Shown piece after piece: positions 1 through 15,293 of a stretch of DNA of 64,000 nucleotides. Source of the stretch: Eledone cirrhosa. Lineage: Eukaryota. The notes under the pieces are model-generated. The model made no database searches. It had not been told where the DNA came from and saw only the letters and a list, made by a program, of their open reading frames with translations. Position 1 is the first letter of the stretch. Each line of letters starts with the position of its first letter. The DNA is taken from assembly GCA_964016885.1 (NCBI GenBank), contig OZ024748.1, positions 6,014,001-6,078,000 of the forward strand. Reading direction: 5' to 3'. The position numbers and the translations under genes were made by a program.

Positions 1-567
1 TGTTACTGTTGTTATAGCTTTTCTTTTAAACAGTTGAGTGTCTAACTTCCGGTAGCGGAACAACATTTCATTATCGTACAAAAAAATTATGGAATTTCTT
101 TTACGATTCTGATACAAATAAATACACAAATAAAATATATATAAAAATGTAACACAAAAACCAAAAATAAAACAAACACAAACAAACAAACAACGAAGAA
201 ATCAGACAAACAAATAAACATAACACTTAACAACAACAACAACATTTATATAAATAATAAGAAATATATGTAAAAAATATATACAGAAAGATCATGAAAA
301 ACATTAAAAATAACGCTTGTGTATGTGTTGGGGCGGCCACTAGGGTGTGTTTGTGTCAGTGGTTGTGATGGTGGTGTGGTGGTGTGGTGGTGTGCTAGTT
401 TGGTGGCGTGGTGTTGGATTGAGAGGGTGGTGTGGTGGTATGGTGTTGGGGTGAGAGGGTCGGTGGAAGGTGGAGAAAAAAAACGACGAGAGAAAATATA
501 AAAATAAAAAAGAAGTTGAATAAATAGATAGCTGTATAATCAAACAAAACGAAATCAAATAAATTAC

Positions 568-632
<65 letters not shown>

Positions 633-683
633 GTTTCTGTGTGTGTGTATATATATACATATATATATATGTGTGTGTATGCA

Positions 684-726
<43 letters not shown>

Positions 727-932
727 ATATATATACATATATATAGACATATAAATATAAATGAATATATATATCTGTGTATATATATATATATATATAT
801 GTGAATAAGAAATAAGAACAAAGAGAAAGCAATATATATATATATATATGTATATATGTATATATGTATGTATGTATGTTTATGTCTGTGCGAGTATATA
901 TATATGTATACGAATAAAAAAGAACAAGAAAG

Positions 933-971
<39 letters not shown>

Positions 972-2205
972 CATACATAAACAACAAAAGCTAAACTAAA
1001 TATGTTGATGATAAAAACAACAGAGAAACACTTTAGTGATATCTTTGCAATTAACAAACATTTTTTTTTATTATTTGTTTTTTTCTTTTAGTATCATCTT
1101 CTGTTTGAATACTATTAACAGCGCCCTCTATATTATTTCATATTTTTCTCTTGTTTGGCTTTTTTGTATCAGTTTGTTTATAAATTGTTTTCTAACTGAG
1201 GCACAAGGCCACTAATGTTTGTGGTAGGTGGTGATATTTACGGTAATAGTGAAGTTTAGGGTTATAGTCGAATATATCAACCTTAACTTTTGATTGGTTT
1301 TATAATTTATTATTTTATGATTGGCAGAGACGCTAGAGTATTGCAAGCTAAGCTTAAATACCATCATGGTCATCTTTGGGTTCAATATTCCCGAAGTTAT
1401 CAAAATAAGATACCAGTAATATACTGTGTCTCAATGTAATCATTCTCTCATCCTCGAATTTACAGGCTTTCTGGCTAAATTAGAAACCATTGAGAAACAT
1501 AATCAGCTGCATATAAAGGCCCAGTGGTGTTTGGCGTGGTTCGAACACAGAGAGCACATGTGTAGGTAACAAGGTATGATATTCTTTGTCAGTAGTATGT
1601 GATTTAAGTCAGAGGTGGCTGCTATCTCCAGCTGTTTTGTGTTAACTTATTGGGGTCTAGTTTTGTTTAAAAACATACCCACAATTTGTGTCAGTAGATA
1701 ATGATTACAAGCCTTCTAAATATGTTAGACTCATCTATTTTCAAGACATAATTTTACCTTATTCAGTAAGCGCCTTAGTTTAAGAAGCCAAGAATTGATT
1801 AGACAAAGATTTTCTGTTAATCTATCATGATTAGTGCACCTAATATCTATACTAAATATGTTCAATATCCAAGTTTCACATCTAAACACATAGAATACCC
1901 GAAAGCAGATTAGCTAGTCTTTTTATACAACCAGTTGGTACAGAATAATTCCTAGTTAAATGTGACCCGGCTGTGGGGAAAATGAACCAATGGATGTATA
2001 ATTTGTTTCAATAAATTCCTAATTCCAATAGAAACTGATTTTTTTTTCTCGGCAAATTTTGTCTCATTTATTAAAAGAAATATATTTACAATATCTCAGG
2101 AACAAACCAATGTAATTTCTGAGGCTTAGTTCCACAATAGATAGAGGGAGAATGGAGGAAAAACGTATATTTTTTTTGTTTTATTTCCCTTCCCAATCTC
2201 ACTCT

Positions 2206-2295
<90 letters not shown>

Positions 2296-2407
2296 TCTCT
2301 TTCTCTCACACACAAATACACACACACTCTCACTCTCTCTGTCTCCCTGTATATACATGTATTTGTGTGTATATATGTATATAAATATATATATATATAT
2401 ATGTATA

Positions 2408-2995
2408 CTCTTTTACTTTTTTACCTGTTCCAGCCATCCGGCTGAGGCCATGCTGGGGCACCGCCCTTTTTGCTATACAATTTATCTCCAGCCTGTATTG
2501 GTTGGCCACTGGTGTAAGAGGGAGTTTGTTGCTGCTGACCTTAGGTTTCCCCCGTGCCTTTCTGTGGGATCATCCGGGATACTGCATAGCAAGTTGGCGA
2601 GATGTTTCTTGAAGACATCCACCTCCACAACATGCAGATTTCTCAGATCCCTCGACAGCTTGTTGAAGAGTTGACGGCCCTTGAATCCTAGGCTATTGCA
2701 ATATCTGCTTCTTATTCTAGATGTGGAAGACGGGACCTTTGGCACCACACAGTGACGTCCTGTTCGACGGTTGGTCCAGCTCCCAATGCCAAAGTTGGGC
2801 GCTAGTCCCTCCAGGATTTTCCACATGTAGATCACTGCGTATCTCTCCCGTCTTCGTTCCAAGGAGTAGAGATTCAGTTCTTTTAGCCTCTTCCAGCAGT
2901 TTATCTCCTTCATCGTGGCAATCCTCTTCGTATAGCTTCTTCGCTGGATTGCCTCAAGCTCTGTGGTTAGTTTGACACTATAGGGTGACCACAAC
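2408..2995 (-). mobile_element. 5'-truncated CR1/L2-group LINE 3' end (post-RT C-terminal region plus 3' UTR)
   Basis: ORF 2482-2994 reads WSPY..LEAIQRR.TKRI...RLKELNLYSLERRRERY.VIY.WKILEGL.PN, a typical CR1-group ORF2 C-terminus. Flanked by (TA)n-rich sequence. Confidence 0.85.
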
Positions 2996-3027
2996 TGGGA
3001 GCAATAGTCTATATATATATATATACA

Positions 3028-3105
3028 TAGGAAAAAGTATGACCCCGATGGCAGAGACTAAGCCGTTTCGACGGCTATTTCTGGTCCCAGAAATAGCCGT
3101 CGAAA
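3028..3105 (-). mobile_element. Short PLE terminal-repeat fragment (family A) with 19-bp fold-back
   Basis: Matches the 3' end of the element at 57330-57385. Arms 3066-3084 and 3087-3105 are reverse complements. Embedded in (TA)n. Confidence 0.8.
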
Positions 3106-3163
3106 TATATATACATAAATGCATATATATATACATATACACATACATGTATATATATATATT

Positions 3164-3273
<110 letters not shown>

Positions 3274-3399
3274 TGTAGATTTGCATATGAATGAAACTAT
3301 GATTATAAGCATGTTTGCGAGATGCGTTCGTCGTAAAATATGCAGTAGGCCTACGCCAATTCGATCAAGAAATGAGGAAGGAAGGTCACACTCGCTCAC

Positions 3400-3505
<106 letters not shown>

Positions 3506-3506
3506 T

Positions 3507-3547
<41 letters not shown>

Positions 3548-3562
3548 GTATATATATTTATG

Positions 3563-3663
<101 letters not shown>

Positions 3664-3707
3664 TTATGAAATATAATAATAATATAATAATTAATACTAT
3701 ATATATT

Positions 3708-3747
<40 letters not shown>

Positions 3748-4125
3748 CATTCACACATATATATGCGTGTGTATATGTGTGTACATATATCTAAGTGAGA
3801 GTGGGTAGACCATGCATATAAGCATGTATACTATATATATATATATGTATATATATATATACTGTATATATGTAAATGTATATGTCTGTGTCGGTCTGTT
3901 TATGTGTTTGTCTCTGTATGAGCATTATAGATATGTATATGTTATATATTAGTCTATGTGCCTGGTCATAGGATATACATAAATACCCATTCACTGTATA
4001 TTTCAATTGGAAGGCAATTGTGTGACTATAGAATTTGAAATGTTTGTCAGCATTGTTGCAATTATAATGGACGGGAATGAATGCGGAGTTAGCAAGAGGA
4101 ACTCCCAGATGTATACATAACATGA

Positions 4126-5935
4126 GGAACAGCAGCACCACCAATAACAGCAGCAACAGCAACACCACCAACAAAAAACAGCACCACCAGCACCAATAAC
4201 AGCAGCAACAGCACCGCCACCAACAACAACAGCACCCCCAGCACCAATAACAGCAGCAACAGCACCGCCACCAACAACAACAGCACCCCCAGCACCAATA
4301 ACAGCAGCAACAGCACCACCACCAACAACAACAACACCACCAGCACCAACAACAACAGCACCACCACCACCGATAACAGCAGCAACAGCACCACCACCAA
4401 CAACAACAACAACAGCACCACCATAACCAACAACAACAACAGCACCACCATCGCCAATAACACCAACAACAGCACCACCAGCACTAACAACAACAACAGC
4501 ACCACCACCACCAACAACAGCACCACCACCACCAATAACAGCAGCAACAGCACCACCACCAACAACAACAGCACCACCACCACCAACAACAACAACAGCA
4601 CCACCACCACCAACAACAGCACCACCACCACCAATAACAGCAGCAACAGCACCACCACCAACAACAACAGCACCAACAACAACAGCACCACCAACAACAA
4701 CAGCACCACCACCACCGATAACAGCAGCAACAGCACCACCACCAACAACAACAACAACAGCACCACCATAACCAACAACAACAACAGCACCACCATCGCC
4801 AATAACACCAACAACAGCACCACCAGCACTAACAACAACAACAGCACCACCACCACCAACAACAGCACCACCACCACCAATAACAGCAGCAACAGCACCA
4901 CCACCACCAATAACAGCAGCAACAGCACCACCACCAACAACAACAGCACCACCATCACCAATAACACCAACAACAGCACCACCACCACCACCAATAACAC
5001 CAACAACAGCACCACCACCACCACCAATAACACCAACAACAGCACCACCACCACCACCAATGACACCAACAACAGCACCACCACCACCAATAACACCAAC
5101 AACAGCACTACCACCAACAACAGCACCACCACCACCAATAACACCAACAACAGCACCACCACCACCACCAATAACACCAACAACAGCACTACCACCAACA
5201 ACAGCACCACCACCACCAATAACACCAACAACAGCACTACCACCAACAACAGCACCACCACCACCACCAATAACACCAACAACAGCACCACCACCACCAA
5301 TAACACCAACAACAGCACCACCACCACCAATAACACCAACAACAGCACTACCACCAACAACAGCACCACCACCACCAATAACACCAACAACAGCACTACC
5401 ACCAACAACAGCACCACCACCACCACCAACAACAACAGCACCACCACCACCAATAACACCAACAACAGCACTACCACCAACAACAGCACCACCACCACCA
5501 ATAACACCAACAACAGCACTACCACCAACAACAGCACCACCACCACCACCAATAACACCAACAACAGCACCACCACCACCAATAACACCAACAACAGCAC
5601 CACCACCACCAATAACACCAACAACAGCACCACCACCACCAATAACACCAACAACAGCACTACCACCAACAACAGCACCACCACCACCAATAACACCAAC
5701 AACAGCACTACCACCAACAACAGCACCACCACCACCACCACCAACAACAGCACCACCACCACCAATAACACCAACAACAGCACTACCACCAACGACAGCA
5801 CCACCAACAACAACAGCACCACATATCACCAATAACACCAACAACAGCACCACCACCATCAATAGCAGCAACATCAGCACCACCAACAGCAAAAACAGCA
5901 ACAACAGCACCACTACCACCAGTAATACCAGCGCT
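4126..5935. repeat. Compound trinucleotide minisatellite (CCA/CAA/CAG/TAA-based, higher-order units such as ccaccaccaataacaccaacaacagca)
   Basis: Directly visible repeat; gives long low-complexity ORFs in several frames on both strands. Confidence 0.9.
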
Positions 5936-5936
5936 T

Positions 5937-5940
<4 letters not shown>

Positions 5941-6016
<76 letters not shown>

Positions 6017-6278
6017 GGAGGTAGTGGTAGTGGTGGTGGTGTTAGAAGTAGTACTAGTGCTAGTAGTATTCGTGGTGTCGGTAGTAGTAGTAGTAGTGGT
6101 GATGCTGGTAGTAGTAGTAGTAACGGTGGGGCGGTGTTAGTGATAGTGGTGGTAGTAGTAGTATTAGCAAGATGAGGGGCAGAATTAGTTGTAGTAGTAG
6201 TAGTAGTAGTAGCAGCAGCAGTAGTAGTAGTAGTAGCAGCAGCAGCAGGAGCAGCAGCAGCAGTAGTAGCAGTAGTAA
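5941..6278. repeat. (TAG)n/(CAG)n/(TGG)n microsatellite block
   Basis: Directly visible. Confidence 0.9.
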
Positions 6279-7450
6279 GAAAGAAAAGAAAGTGACTGAC
6301 TTTTGAATATCCCTTCTAAAATACATGAATATTAAAGATATACGGTACGGTTCTTGAGAAAATACCCCAGGGATGCGTTCGCTATAATATATACACATCC
6401 AGTAGGGTCTCACATATGTAAGATAGGGAGTGGAAAAACTTCGATTATCAGATATTATCAAAGAAATGTGTAGCAAAAACTCCATCAATTTATGTTTAAA
6501 ATATATAAAGAAACGGACAAAATGGTTGATAACTCTAAAAAGAATAGTTAAGATATTTTATACCATAGAGACAATGTAGATTGGTATGATCATGGTATTT
6601 AAAGACAACGGCTGAATCGAACAAACTCCATCATCCACATCATCATCATCATCATCATCGTCGTCAGTAGCATCATCAACATCATCATCAACATCATCAT
6701 CATCGTCGTCGTTAGTAGCATCATCAACATCATCATCAACATCATCATCATCATCATCATCATTATCATCATCATCATCATCATCATCATCATATTCTCC
6801 ATCCTTATCATCGTCAGTAGAATCATCAACATCATCATCATCATCATCATCGTCATCATCATAGATAACAGATAAAAGCCTATTTTGTTACCCTCTGCCC
6901 ATATCTAGGTCCGGGACAGAAAGCCCTCACTGCCAAATAGCTATGTACATTATAAAGATTCTTACGACATTCTGAAATCAATTTCAAGCACACTAATATC
7001 AAATGTAATTGTTTTCAGTCTAGGAATGAGAGCAGATTCACTTCGGGGCAGACCTAGAAAAAGAAATGGCATCTTCATGGCCACTATACATGCGGTTGGT
7101 CCCGGTAAAATTCTTGAAATTTAACGGTGCCACGTAGACAAACGTTTAACGAAGTTTGACGATTAAATAGTGTCGCAGATTTAAAACGTGACCTAAATCA
7201 CACATTGGAAGCTATTAATAAGATGCCAATAAATTATTCTTCGTTTTGTTTTTATTTATTCATATAAAGGCCCCGAAAGAACTGGGGGCTTTGATTCTTT
7301 GAAACCAATGGTAATGCACTAATAAGTCAAACCGTTAGTATAAAGATCCAAACACACACAGATTCAGACAAACATATATATGCTCTCTATATATGTGCAA
7401 ACACATACACACAATCATACATCTACATTTATTTGCTATATAATTATATA

Positions 7451-7533
7451 TATTGGGTCATCAGGTACGAAATTTGTAGAAATTTATGGATAAAAAACAA
7501 ATTACTACAAACTACATACTTTACGACCCAATA
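7451..7533. mobile_element. Small mariner-like MITE remnant
   Basis: Terminal inverted repeats TATTGGGTC (7451-7459) and GACCCAATA (7525-7533), inner tttgtag/ctacaaa, TA context on both sides. Confidence 0.55.
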
Positions 7534-7824
7534 TATATAAGTGTGTGTGTGTGAGAGAGAGAGGGGGGGGGGAGAGGGAGAGAGATACAGAGAGAGAGAG
7601 AGTGTGCTTATGTGTCTGTGTGTGTGTGTGTGTTTATAATACAGAATAGATGGATGTATGGTTCGTGGAGTCAAAGGTGCGCCGTATTGGCATACAGCAT
7701 TTTTAGGGGGCATTTTAAAACCTGGTAGAGCCGACCCCTCTCCGGGCCTGAGTATAGCAGATTTCTTCCAGAAAAAGATCGAGATTGAGAGAATGGATGT
7801 GAAGAAGACACACAGAGAAAGAAT

Positions 7825-7980
7825 TGACCCCAGCACTAGACTGGTACATTTTTATCAACCTGGAATGAAGGAGAGTCAAAGTTGACTTCGGTTGGGCTTG
7901 AACTCTGAGAGCAGAAAGTCGGAAAGAATATGGCGAAGTATTTAATCCAACGTTCTAATGAGTCTGCCAATTGGTCGCCA
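7825..7980 (-). mobile_element. Diverged tRNA-derived SINE copy
   Basis: Reverse complement gives ggcgaccaattggcaga...gagttcaagcccaaccgaagtcaactttg...gataaaaatgtaccagt, homologous to the SINE at 11043. Confidence 0.7.
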
Positions 7981-8089
7981 TGATACAGATTACATGACAG
8001 TGGAAACGTACATATGTAAGACTGTGTTGTAATTGGACTGTATGTGTTGGGGTATACATATGTATATACGTGTGTTCGTGCGAGTGTCA

Positions 8090-8122
<33 letters not shown>

Positions 8123-8360
8123 AACATATATAACTCTCTATCCACCTTTATATACGCACACGTTTATATCAGTGTGCATGTATGTAATATAATTGATTAT
8201 ATGTATATATAATTATTTAAAATGTGTGTATCTTTGTAAATTTGGATGACTCGATGTGTTTCTGTATTCTGAGTATACGTTTATATATTCATCCATACAT
8301 CCATACACATACACGTTCGTGCATATATGTGCATATACATACATACAGACATACATATAT

Positions 8361-8418
<58 letters not shown>

Positions 8419-8441
8419 TTATACATGCACATATATATAAA

Positions 8442-8601
<160 letters not shown>

Positions 8602-9123
8602 TTTTTACAGACCTTTATAAGTGTAATATAATTTAAATAAATATCGTTTAAACAAATTTGCATGCACTGTGGAGTCAACATACACTATCATAAAACTCTC
8701 ATTTTCACTTTCTTTTGTGTTAGGTATTTTTGTTAAATATTACACACAGATTAAAGAAGAACGTTATATCAATAAGCTATCCATATTCAATGATTCCATG
8801 GATGATGGTTTTAAAAAGAGTCTTTTGTGAATATTTTTGACTTGTCCATATGTGTGTAAATATGTGTATATTTTTGTTGTCATGTGAGTGCGTATGAGTG
8901 TGTAATGTTTAGTGTTTATATTTTGGTGTTTAATATGAAACGGAACTCAGATTTTAATGTAATATGTAAAATGTTGATACATATATATATATATATATAT
9001 ATACGCATTCACATACGCAAAAGAATATACATACATACGTACATACACGCATACATGCATACATGCATACATGCATAGACTCAAACGCACACACGTACAC
9101 AAACATATATATATTTATATTTT

Positions 9124-9233
<110 letters not shown>

Positions 9234-9337
9234 TAATATATAAATATACATATATATTTGTATACATATATATATATATAAGGCTGTGATACCATCAACA
9301 CTATAAACACAGAGCTGGCATATCTAAGAACTGACTA

Positions 9338-9393
9338 ACTGCCTGATGAGGTCATAGCCATTCAATGGCTATCAGCGAAATATATATAGCAGT
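9338..9393 (+). ncRNA. Minimal type I hammerhead ribozyme motif
   Basis: Stem I actgc/gcagt; CTGATGA 9343-9349; stem II g..atagccat-tca-atggctat..c (two mismatches near the base); GAAA 9377-9380; palindromic tatata; TA cleavage site 9387-9388. Confidence 0.75.
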
Positions 9394-9780
9394 AAATAAA
9401 GGATTATGAGTTCATGCAATTGACTTATATTTCGTCACTATATATTTATATATATATATTTATATATATATATTTACATATTATATTTATATTTATATTA
9501 AACATACCATATATTCACACACACGCACACATATATATATATACATATATGTATATATACCTATATACCGCTTTTCAATCGTAAGGCTTTGAAAAAATAG
9601 GAATTTTGAATTTTGAATTGTGTCCCCCAAAACAAATAACTATACCAATTATCGATCGCACTAAACCAATTAACCTGTAGATGGTAGAAAATGGACAGAA
9701 GACAACTCTAGCTTTTTCCCCCCTCTTCGAGGTAAATTATCCCATTATATTTGTGATTGACTGTTATTATAAATGTATGT

Positions 9781-9905
9781 TTACAGTCTGAGTTCAAATC
9801 CCGCCGAGGTTAACTTTGCCTTTCATCCTTACGGAGTCGATAAAATAAAGTACCAGTAATGTACTGGGTAATTGCTGGTCTTGTGCCTAAAGTATAAACA
9901 ATTAT
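9781..9905 (+). mobile_element. tRNA-derived SINE, 5'-truncated (Meta-SINE-like central domain)
   Basis: B box gagttcaaatcc, then gaggttaactttgcctttcatccttacggagtcgataaaataaagtaccagt. Confidence 0.85.
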
Positions 9906-10401
9906 AAGTGTATGTTTAATGTCAACCTTCATTCACGAATTACCATGAGTTTTGTACTTACATAATCCTCTCCAAAGATGCCATGCTATGCATTAGTACA
10001 TAAAGGATCGATCGACCTTCGTCAAATCGGACCAAGGAAACAATGTTTTCATCGGTCTTTCCAGTTGCTAGTACTATCTATCGGTCACAACTCCAGGTAG
10101 AAAGAACAACGTGAAATAAAGTGTCTTGCTCAAGGACATGACGCATCGCCCGGTTATTGCTCCTACTTAAGGTCGACTTCTAAGTCGTTTGGGTGTTCCA
10201 TAAACTAAATCCTCCTTTTGTTTCTCATCTATCTAGACTATATTTTAAGCTGCAATCCAAGTCTCATTTCTGTTGCACCTCATTTCTCCCCCCCCCCCCC
10301 CTCTCTTTATCTTTCTTTCTGTGATATTTGAATCTGTGTGTGTCCAGTAGCCATATTCCATTGGGCAACCTGGCAATCTGGCCGGTCAGCCACTGTTCAT
10401 A

Positions 10402-10442
<41 letters not shown>

Positions 10443-10937
10443 AACTATTGTACATTGACGTAAGTGCCTTGATTTTCGCCTTTCTCTGACTAATTCATCC
10501 GTCAATACAAGATGTATTATAAAATTAATTCTATTCTTCTATTTAACAGTTGTATCCTTCAATGATGACGTAAGTATTTCGCATAATTCTATTTGTGTCA
10601 TCTGAAAATTTAAATTTAATAAGTATTTTATATTTGGAAGAATTTACAGGTTTAATATAGAAAATGATAAGAAATACATGGGTAATTAGAGATTTTAATT
10701 CTTTCGACCATCAGGTTACTCCCGCTCAGCGAAATCTGAATAAATTAATTTTTACTTATATGATTCCTTGCATTCTTTACAGATCAGTCAATATTCCAAT
10801 ATACCATGTATAATATATCATATATCATTCTCTGATTCACAAACGACAATAACTTCTCGACGAAAATTATGTAAGACAAAGCAAAAGAGATTAATGAACG
10901 AATTAATTATATATTAGAAATAATGTATAAATATAAG

Positions 10938-10971
<34 letters not shown>

Positions 10972-11042
10972 TTTAAATTATTTATTTTTACGAAATTATT
11001 TTTGTTTATGAAATTTAGTCGATAATTATGTAATATTCATTC

Positions 11043-11230
11043 AGGTGGATTGGCAGTATCGGTAGAGGGTCGGACGCCATGCTTTGCAGCACAGTTACGT
11101 CCCTTTACGGACTGGGTTCAAAACCCGCCGAGGTTAACTTTGCCTTTCATCCTTAAGAGGTCGATAAAATAAAGTACCAGTAATACACTGGGATAATTGC
11201 TGGCCTTGTGCCAAAAGTAGAAACAATTAT
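11043..11230 (+). mobile_element. tRNA-derived SINE, near full length
   Basis: A-box-like tggcagtatcgg, B box ggttcaaaacc, conserved body and tail ggccttgtgccaaaagtagaaacaattat; more than 8 copies in the window. Confidence 0.9.
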
Positions 11231-11477
11231 TTATTCAAAGTAATACAACTTATTTTAACGGGATAAAAAAAAATAAACCGTACGCAGTCCCGCACACCTT
11301 ACTTTATAATAATTTATATTCCTCTTATCAAATGTTGAATATTGAAATAATTAAAAAGAATTAATAGGAGTTAAAAACTAAAAATTAAAGAATTAAAATT
11401 AAAATCAAATGTTGGAGTCAGTTTTTTTCCCATCTTTCTTGCTCAAAATTTGGCTGGAGAATGTATATATATATATA

Positions 11478-11526
<49 letters not shown>

Positions 11527-11605
11527 GAATAATCGAGTATCGAAAAATCGGCGCACGAGTTCACGATAAACAAAATTCGAAAATGAGCGGCAGAGGGCTC
11601 AATAA

Positions 11606-11685
<80 letters not shown>

Positions 11686-11695
11686 TATGTATATA

Positions 11696-11733
<38 letters not shown>

Positions 11734-11748
11734 TGTGTATTGTATATA

Positions 11749-11914
<166 letters not shown>

Positions 11915-11933
11915 GATATATATATATATATAT

Positions 11934-11971
<38 letters not shown>

Positions 11972-12340
11972 GTGTGTTTATATGTGGTTGTAAGTGTGTG
12001 TCTGTGCTTATATATATATGCATGTTTGTGTCAAATGATGTTTATACGGTCATTCGATTCCATGAAAATCAGAATTGATATTACGATATCTTCATGTCTG
12101 TAAACTCACATTCCTCACCTTCTTCCAAGTATTCCCACTCCCACTAACATTCTCTTCAGTACACGACTGTCTCCTATTTAGTTCTTCCTTTATTAAACTG
12201 TTATCAAAGCCACAATCTATGTATTGCAAACCCTCTACACACACACACACACACATACGTGTATACATATACATATGTATAAATATATATATATATTTAT
12301 ATATATATATATATATATATATAGTAATAATAATAAAATT

Positions 12341-12725
12341 GAAGACTAAAATCCAAAGAGGGCTCGATAAGGAAAATATATATCAAATATATAAGAACCG
12401 TAGAGCAAATATTTATTAAAATAACAGATTAAAGATTAAGCAAAGAATCGCTGCTTTCACCCTTAACGGGATCTTCTGAAACTAATAAAGTCAATCTGTA
12501 AACGCAGAACTGGATATTTCAAAAAACGTTGCAACCGGAGGAAGACAGGAAGACGATACTTTGGTTCGTGGTAACGTTCGCTGGCAAAGAACGGGAAAAA
12601 ACGAATAATACGTCATTAATAGGAGCGGTGAAAAACAATTACGCGCAAAGACAGAACCACGTTTATGGTATCCCGTTAAGGGTGAAAGCAGCGATTATTT
12701 GCTTAAACTTTAATCTGTTATTTTA

Positions 12726-12727
<2 letters not shown>
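12341..12727 (-). mobile_element. PLE-type terminal-repeat fragment (family D) with a hammerhead-like motif (12433-12483, minus) and an inverted partial copy (12670-12727)
   Basis: Second copy at 57537-57755. Minus strand reads agttt CAGAAGA tccc-gttaa-gggt GAAA gca..tgc TT aatct. Flanked by (TA)n. Confidence 0.6.
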
Positions 12728-12785
<58 letters not shown>

Positions 12786-12828
12786 CATATGTATATATAT
12801 ATATTTATATATATATATATATTTATAC

Positions 12829-12990
<162 letters not shown>

Positions 12991-13426
12991 ATATATATAT
13001 GAATAAAATTAGTCCGTCATCAGAGAACTTCCATTTCTTTGCAGTAAAGATCATATACCTCTGGCTGGTGCGAGCAATAACTAAAAAGAGTTATTGGGAC
13101 ACGTAAAATAGGGTGAAGCGAGCGAGACTTGTAAACAAACAGAGATGGTAATGCAACGGAAAGAGAGGAAGAGGAGAAACAAGTCCGTGATATCTGTGAA
13201 CTTAAGTTCGGTGAAATCATAGACGAGGAGAGATACAGACCGTCCGAGCCGAGTGAGATTTGAGCGAGAAAAGGATTTCACACAGGTCAAACGGGAGATG
13301 GATAGATATTTTGTCTCCTTAAACTATATATATATATATATATATATTCACACACATATATATATATATATACATACATACATACATACATACATACATA
13401 CATACATACATACATACATACATACA

Positions 13427-13459
<33 letters not shown>

Positions 13460-13974
13460 CAGGGTAAGGCTAATAAACAGCGTCGTTAGGATGTCAGCTA
13501 AATTCTATTGCTGTATTTTCTCACCTCTCTGTTTAAATTATGCCGAAGTCAACTTTATCTTTTACCCTTTCGAAGTCAATAAAAAAGTGCCAGTCTCATA
13601 CTGTAGTCGAACCTTTTTCTCTATCCCTTTCTCGCACTCTCCTCTTCTCTGAAATCGACTCTGTTCAGATCTGTTGGGAAAATGATTATTTATACTTAAA
13701 TTTCTAGCTGATTGATGGAAAGGACTACTCAGTTGCCACCGTGGAGTAATTGGTAGCATGTCTAAGGAAGGTGTATATTTAAGGTGCACGCTTGGTAGTG
13801 TCTCCTTTTTTTCCGTCCCCATATGCTTTACTTGCTTGACTATTGTCTGTAAAGAAACATTGTGTTGTAGTTGTTTATTCGAAAGTTGTCTTAATTTTCA
13901 ATGGTTCATTAATCCTTTACTCGATTACTGCTTCTAAAAAGGGATTGATTCATCTATCTATCTATCTCTCTATC

Positions 13975-15032
13975 CTGGCTGCGGCACATCCAAGTATTCT
14001 TCACCAGACAACCGGTGTGGGCCCCGTTAGTGAGGCGAGCCTTTCCACGACTCGTCTCGCTGACCGAGCTGCAGTCCTGGGTCAAGCAAAGACCGAGGAA
14101 AATGGGCGACTGGCCCATCGAATATGCTCAGGCGCTCACAGTCCTCTGGCAAACGGACCCGGCGATCAGTGGAGACTCCACTTCGACATTCTATAGAGGG
14201 TTGGTCCGCAGCAAGTGAGACGACACGCTCGGAGAAACTCTATGCGTAGAGGAAGACCTTCCGCCCGGGACCAATGGACAACTTCCAAAAGTCCCTGGTC
14301 TGGCACTGCTACCGAGTAGCTCTACCAGTTCCAGATAAGCTCTACAGACACGGGCGCCCGGGTAGGGACCCTTCGAAAAAGATCTGTCCGAGATGCGTGC
14401 GCGATGAGGAAACCGTCGCGCACGCATTTGACAACTGCCCACGCGTTACCGACCTGTGGGGCTATGTAGAACGACTATTGTCGCGGGTGGGACCAATCCA
14501 GTTGACCACCGAGTCCATTGTCCTGATCAAACCGCCACCCTCCTTCAAAAACGAGGGAGAGGCGGTTTTCCTATGTGTTATGGCTATGATGAAAGAGGTT
14601 ATATGGTGGACGAGGTTAAAAGGGCTGAGGTCAGACACCTTTCTCTCCGGCGAGCAACTGATTCGTTTTTTCAAATATCATTTTGGAAGAAGAATCAGGA
14701 TAGAGAGAGAGGTGCTGTACCCCAGCAAATTTTATAAAAGGTGGGTGAATGTGGCAAAGATGGCCCGAGTGGTTGGGCCTTCTCTCTATATAAGCCTGTA
14801 GGTTGAGGAAAAAGAGGATGAGAGGAAGGGTGTACTCACTCTTGGTGCTCCTGGAGATGAGGATTGTACATTTTTTCGGGGTGTGTACAACCCCTGTGTA
14901 ACGCCTCCCCCCTATTGGGGATTTCAATTGTTATTTGTTATTTTATTAATAGTTTTATTTTCATATACCTGTATGTAAACTCCCCATTTGTATTTGTTCC
15001 CTTCTTTTGTGCCCTTGTGGCTAATAAAGAAA
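13975..15032 (+). mobile_element. 5'-truncated L1/Tx1-clade LINE 3' end (zf-RVT cysteine-rich domain, frameshifted) in an (ATCT)n tract
   Basis: ORF 14274-14801 has LPV.DKLYRHG...CPRC....ETV.HAF..CP.V..LW (CCHC zf-RVT). 3' UTR ends aataaagaaa followed by (TCTA)n; (TCTA)n also lies 5' at 13952-13974. Confidence 0.85.
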
Positions 15033-15033
15033 T

Positions 15034-15098
<65 letters not shown>

Positions 15099-15223
15099 AA
15101 TCTATCTATCTACCTATCTCGATATCTATATATCTGTCTGTCAGTCGGTCTGTCTGCTTGTCCATCTTTCTAGCTATTTATCTATCTACCTATCGATCTG
15201 AAATATATCAATCTATCTGTCCA

Positions 15224-15293
<70 letters not shown>

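Noticed and set aside
4003-5938. Long Gly/Val-rich (638 aa) and Pro/Thr mucin-like ORFs
   Set aside because: A trinucleotide minisatellite that is open in several frames on both strands; no unique domain, no synonymous variation and no clear splice context. A mucin-like exon cannot be fully excluded without RNA data.
11043-11130. tRNA gene suggested by A and B boxes
   Set aside because: It is the head of a multi-copy SINE, with no complete cloverleaf.
13000-13030. Minus-strand CTGATGA next to (TA)n
   Set aside because: No stem II partner or GAAA; at best a truncated relic.
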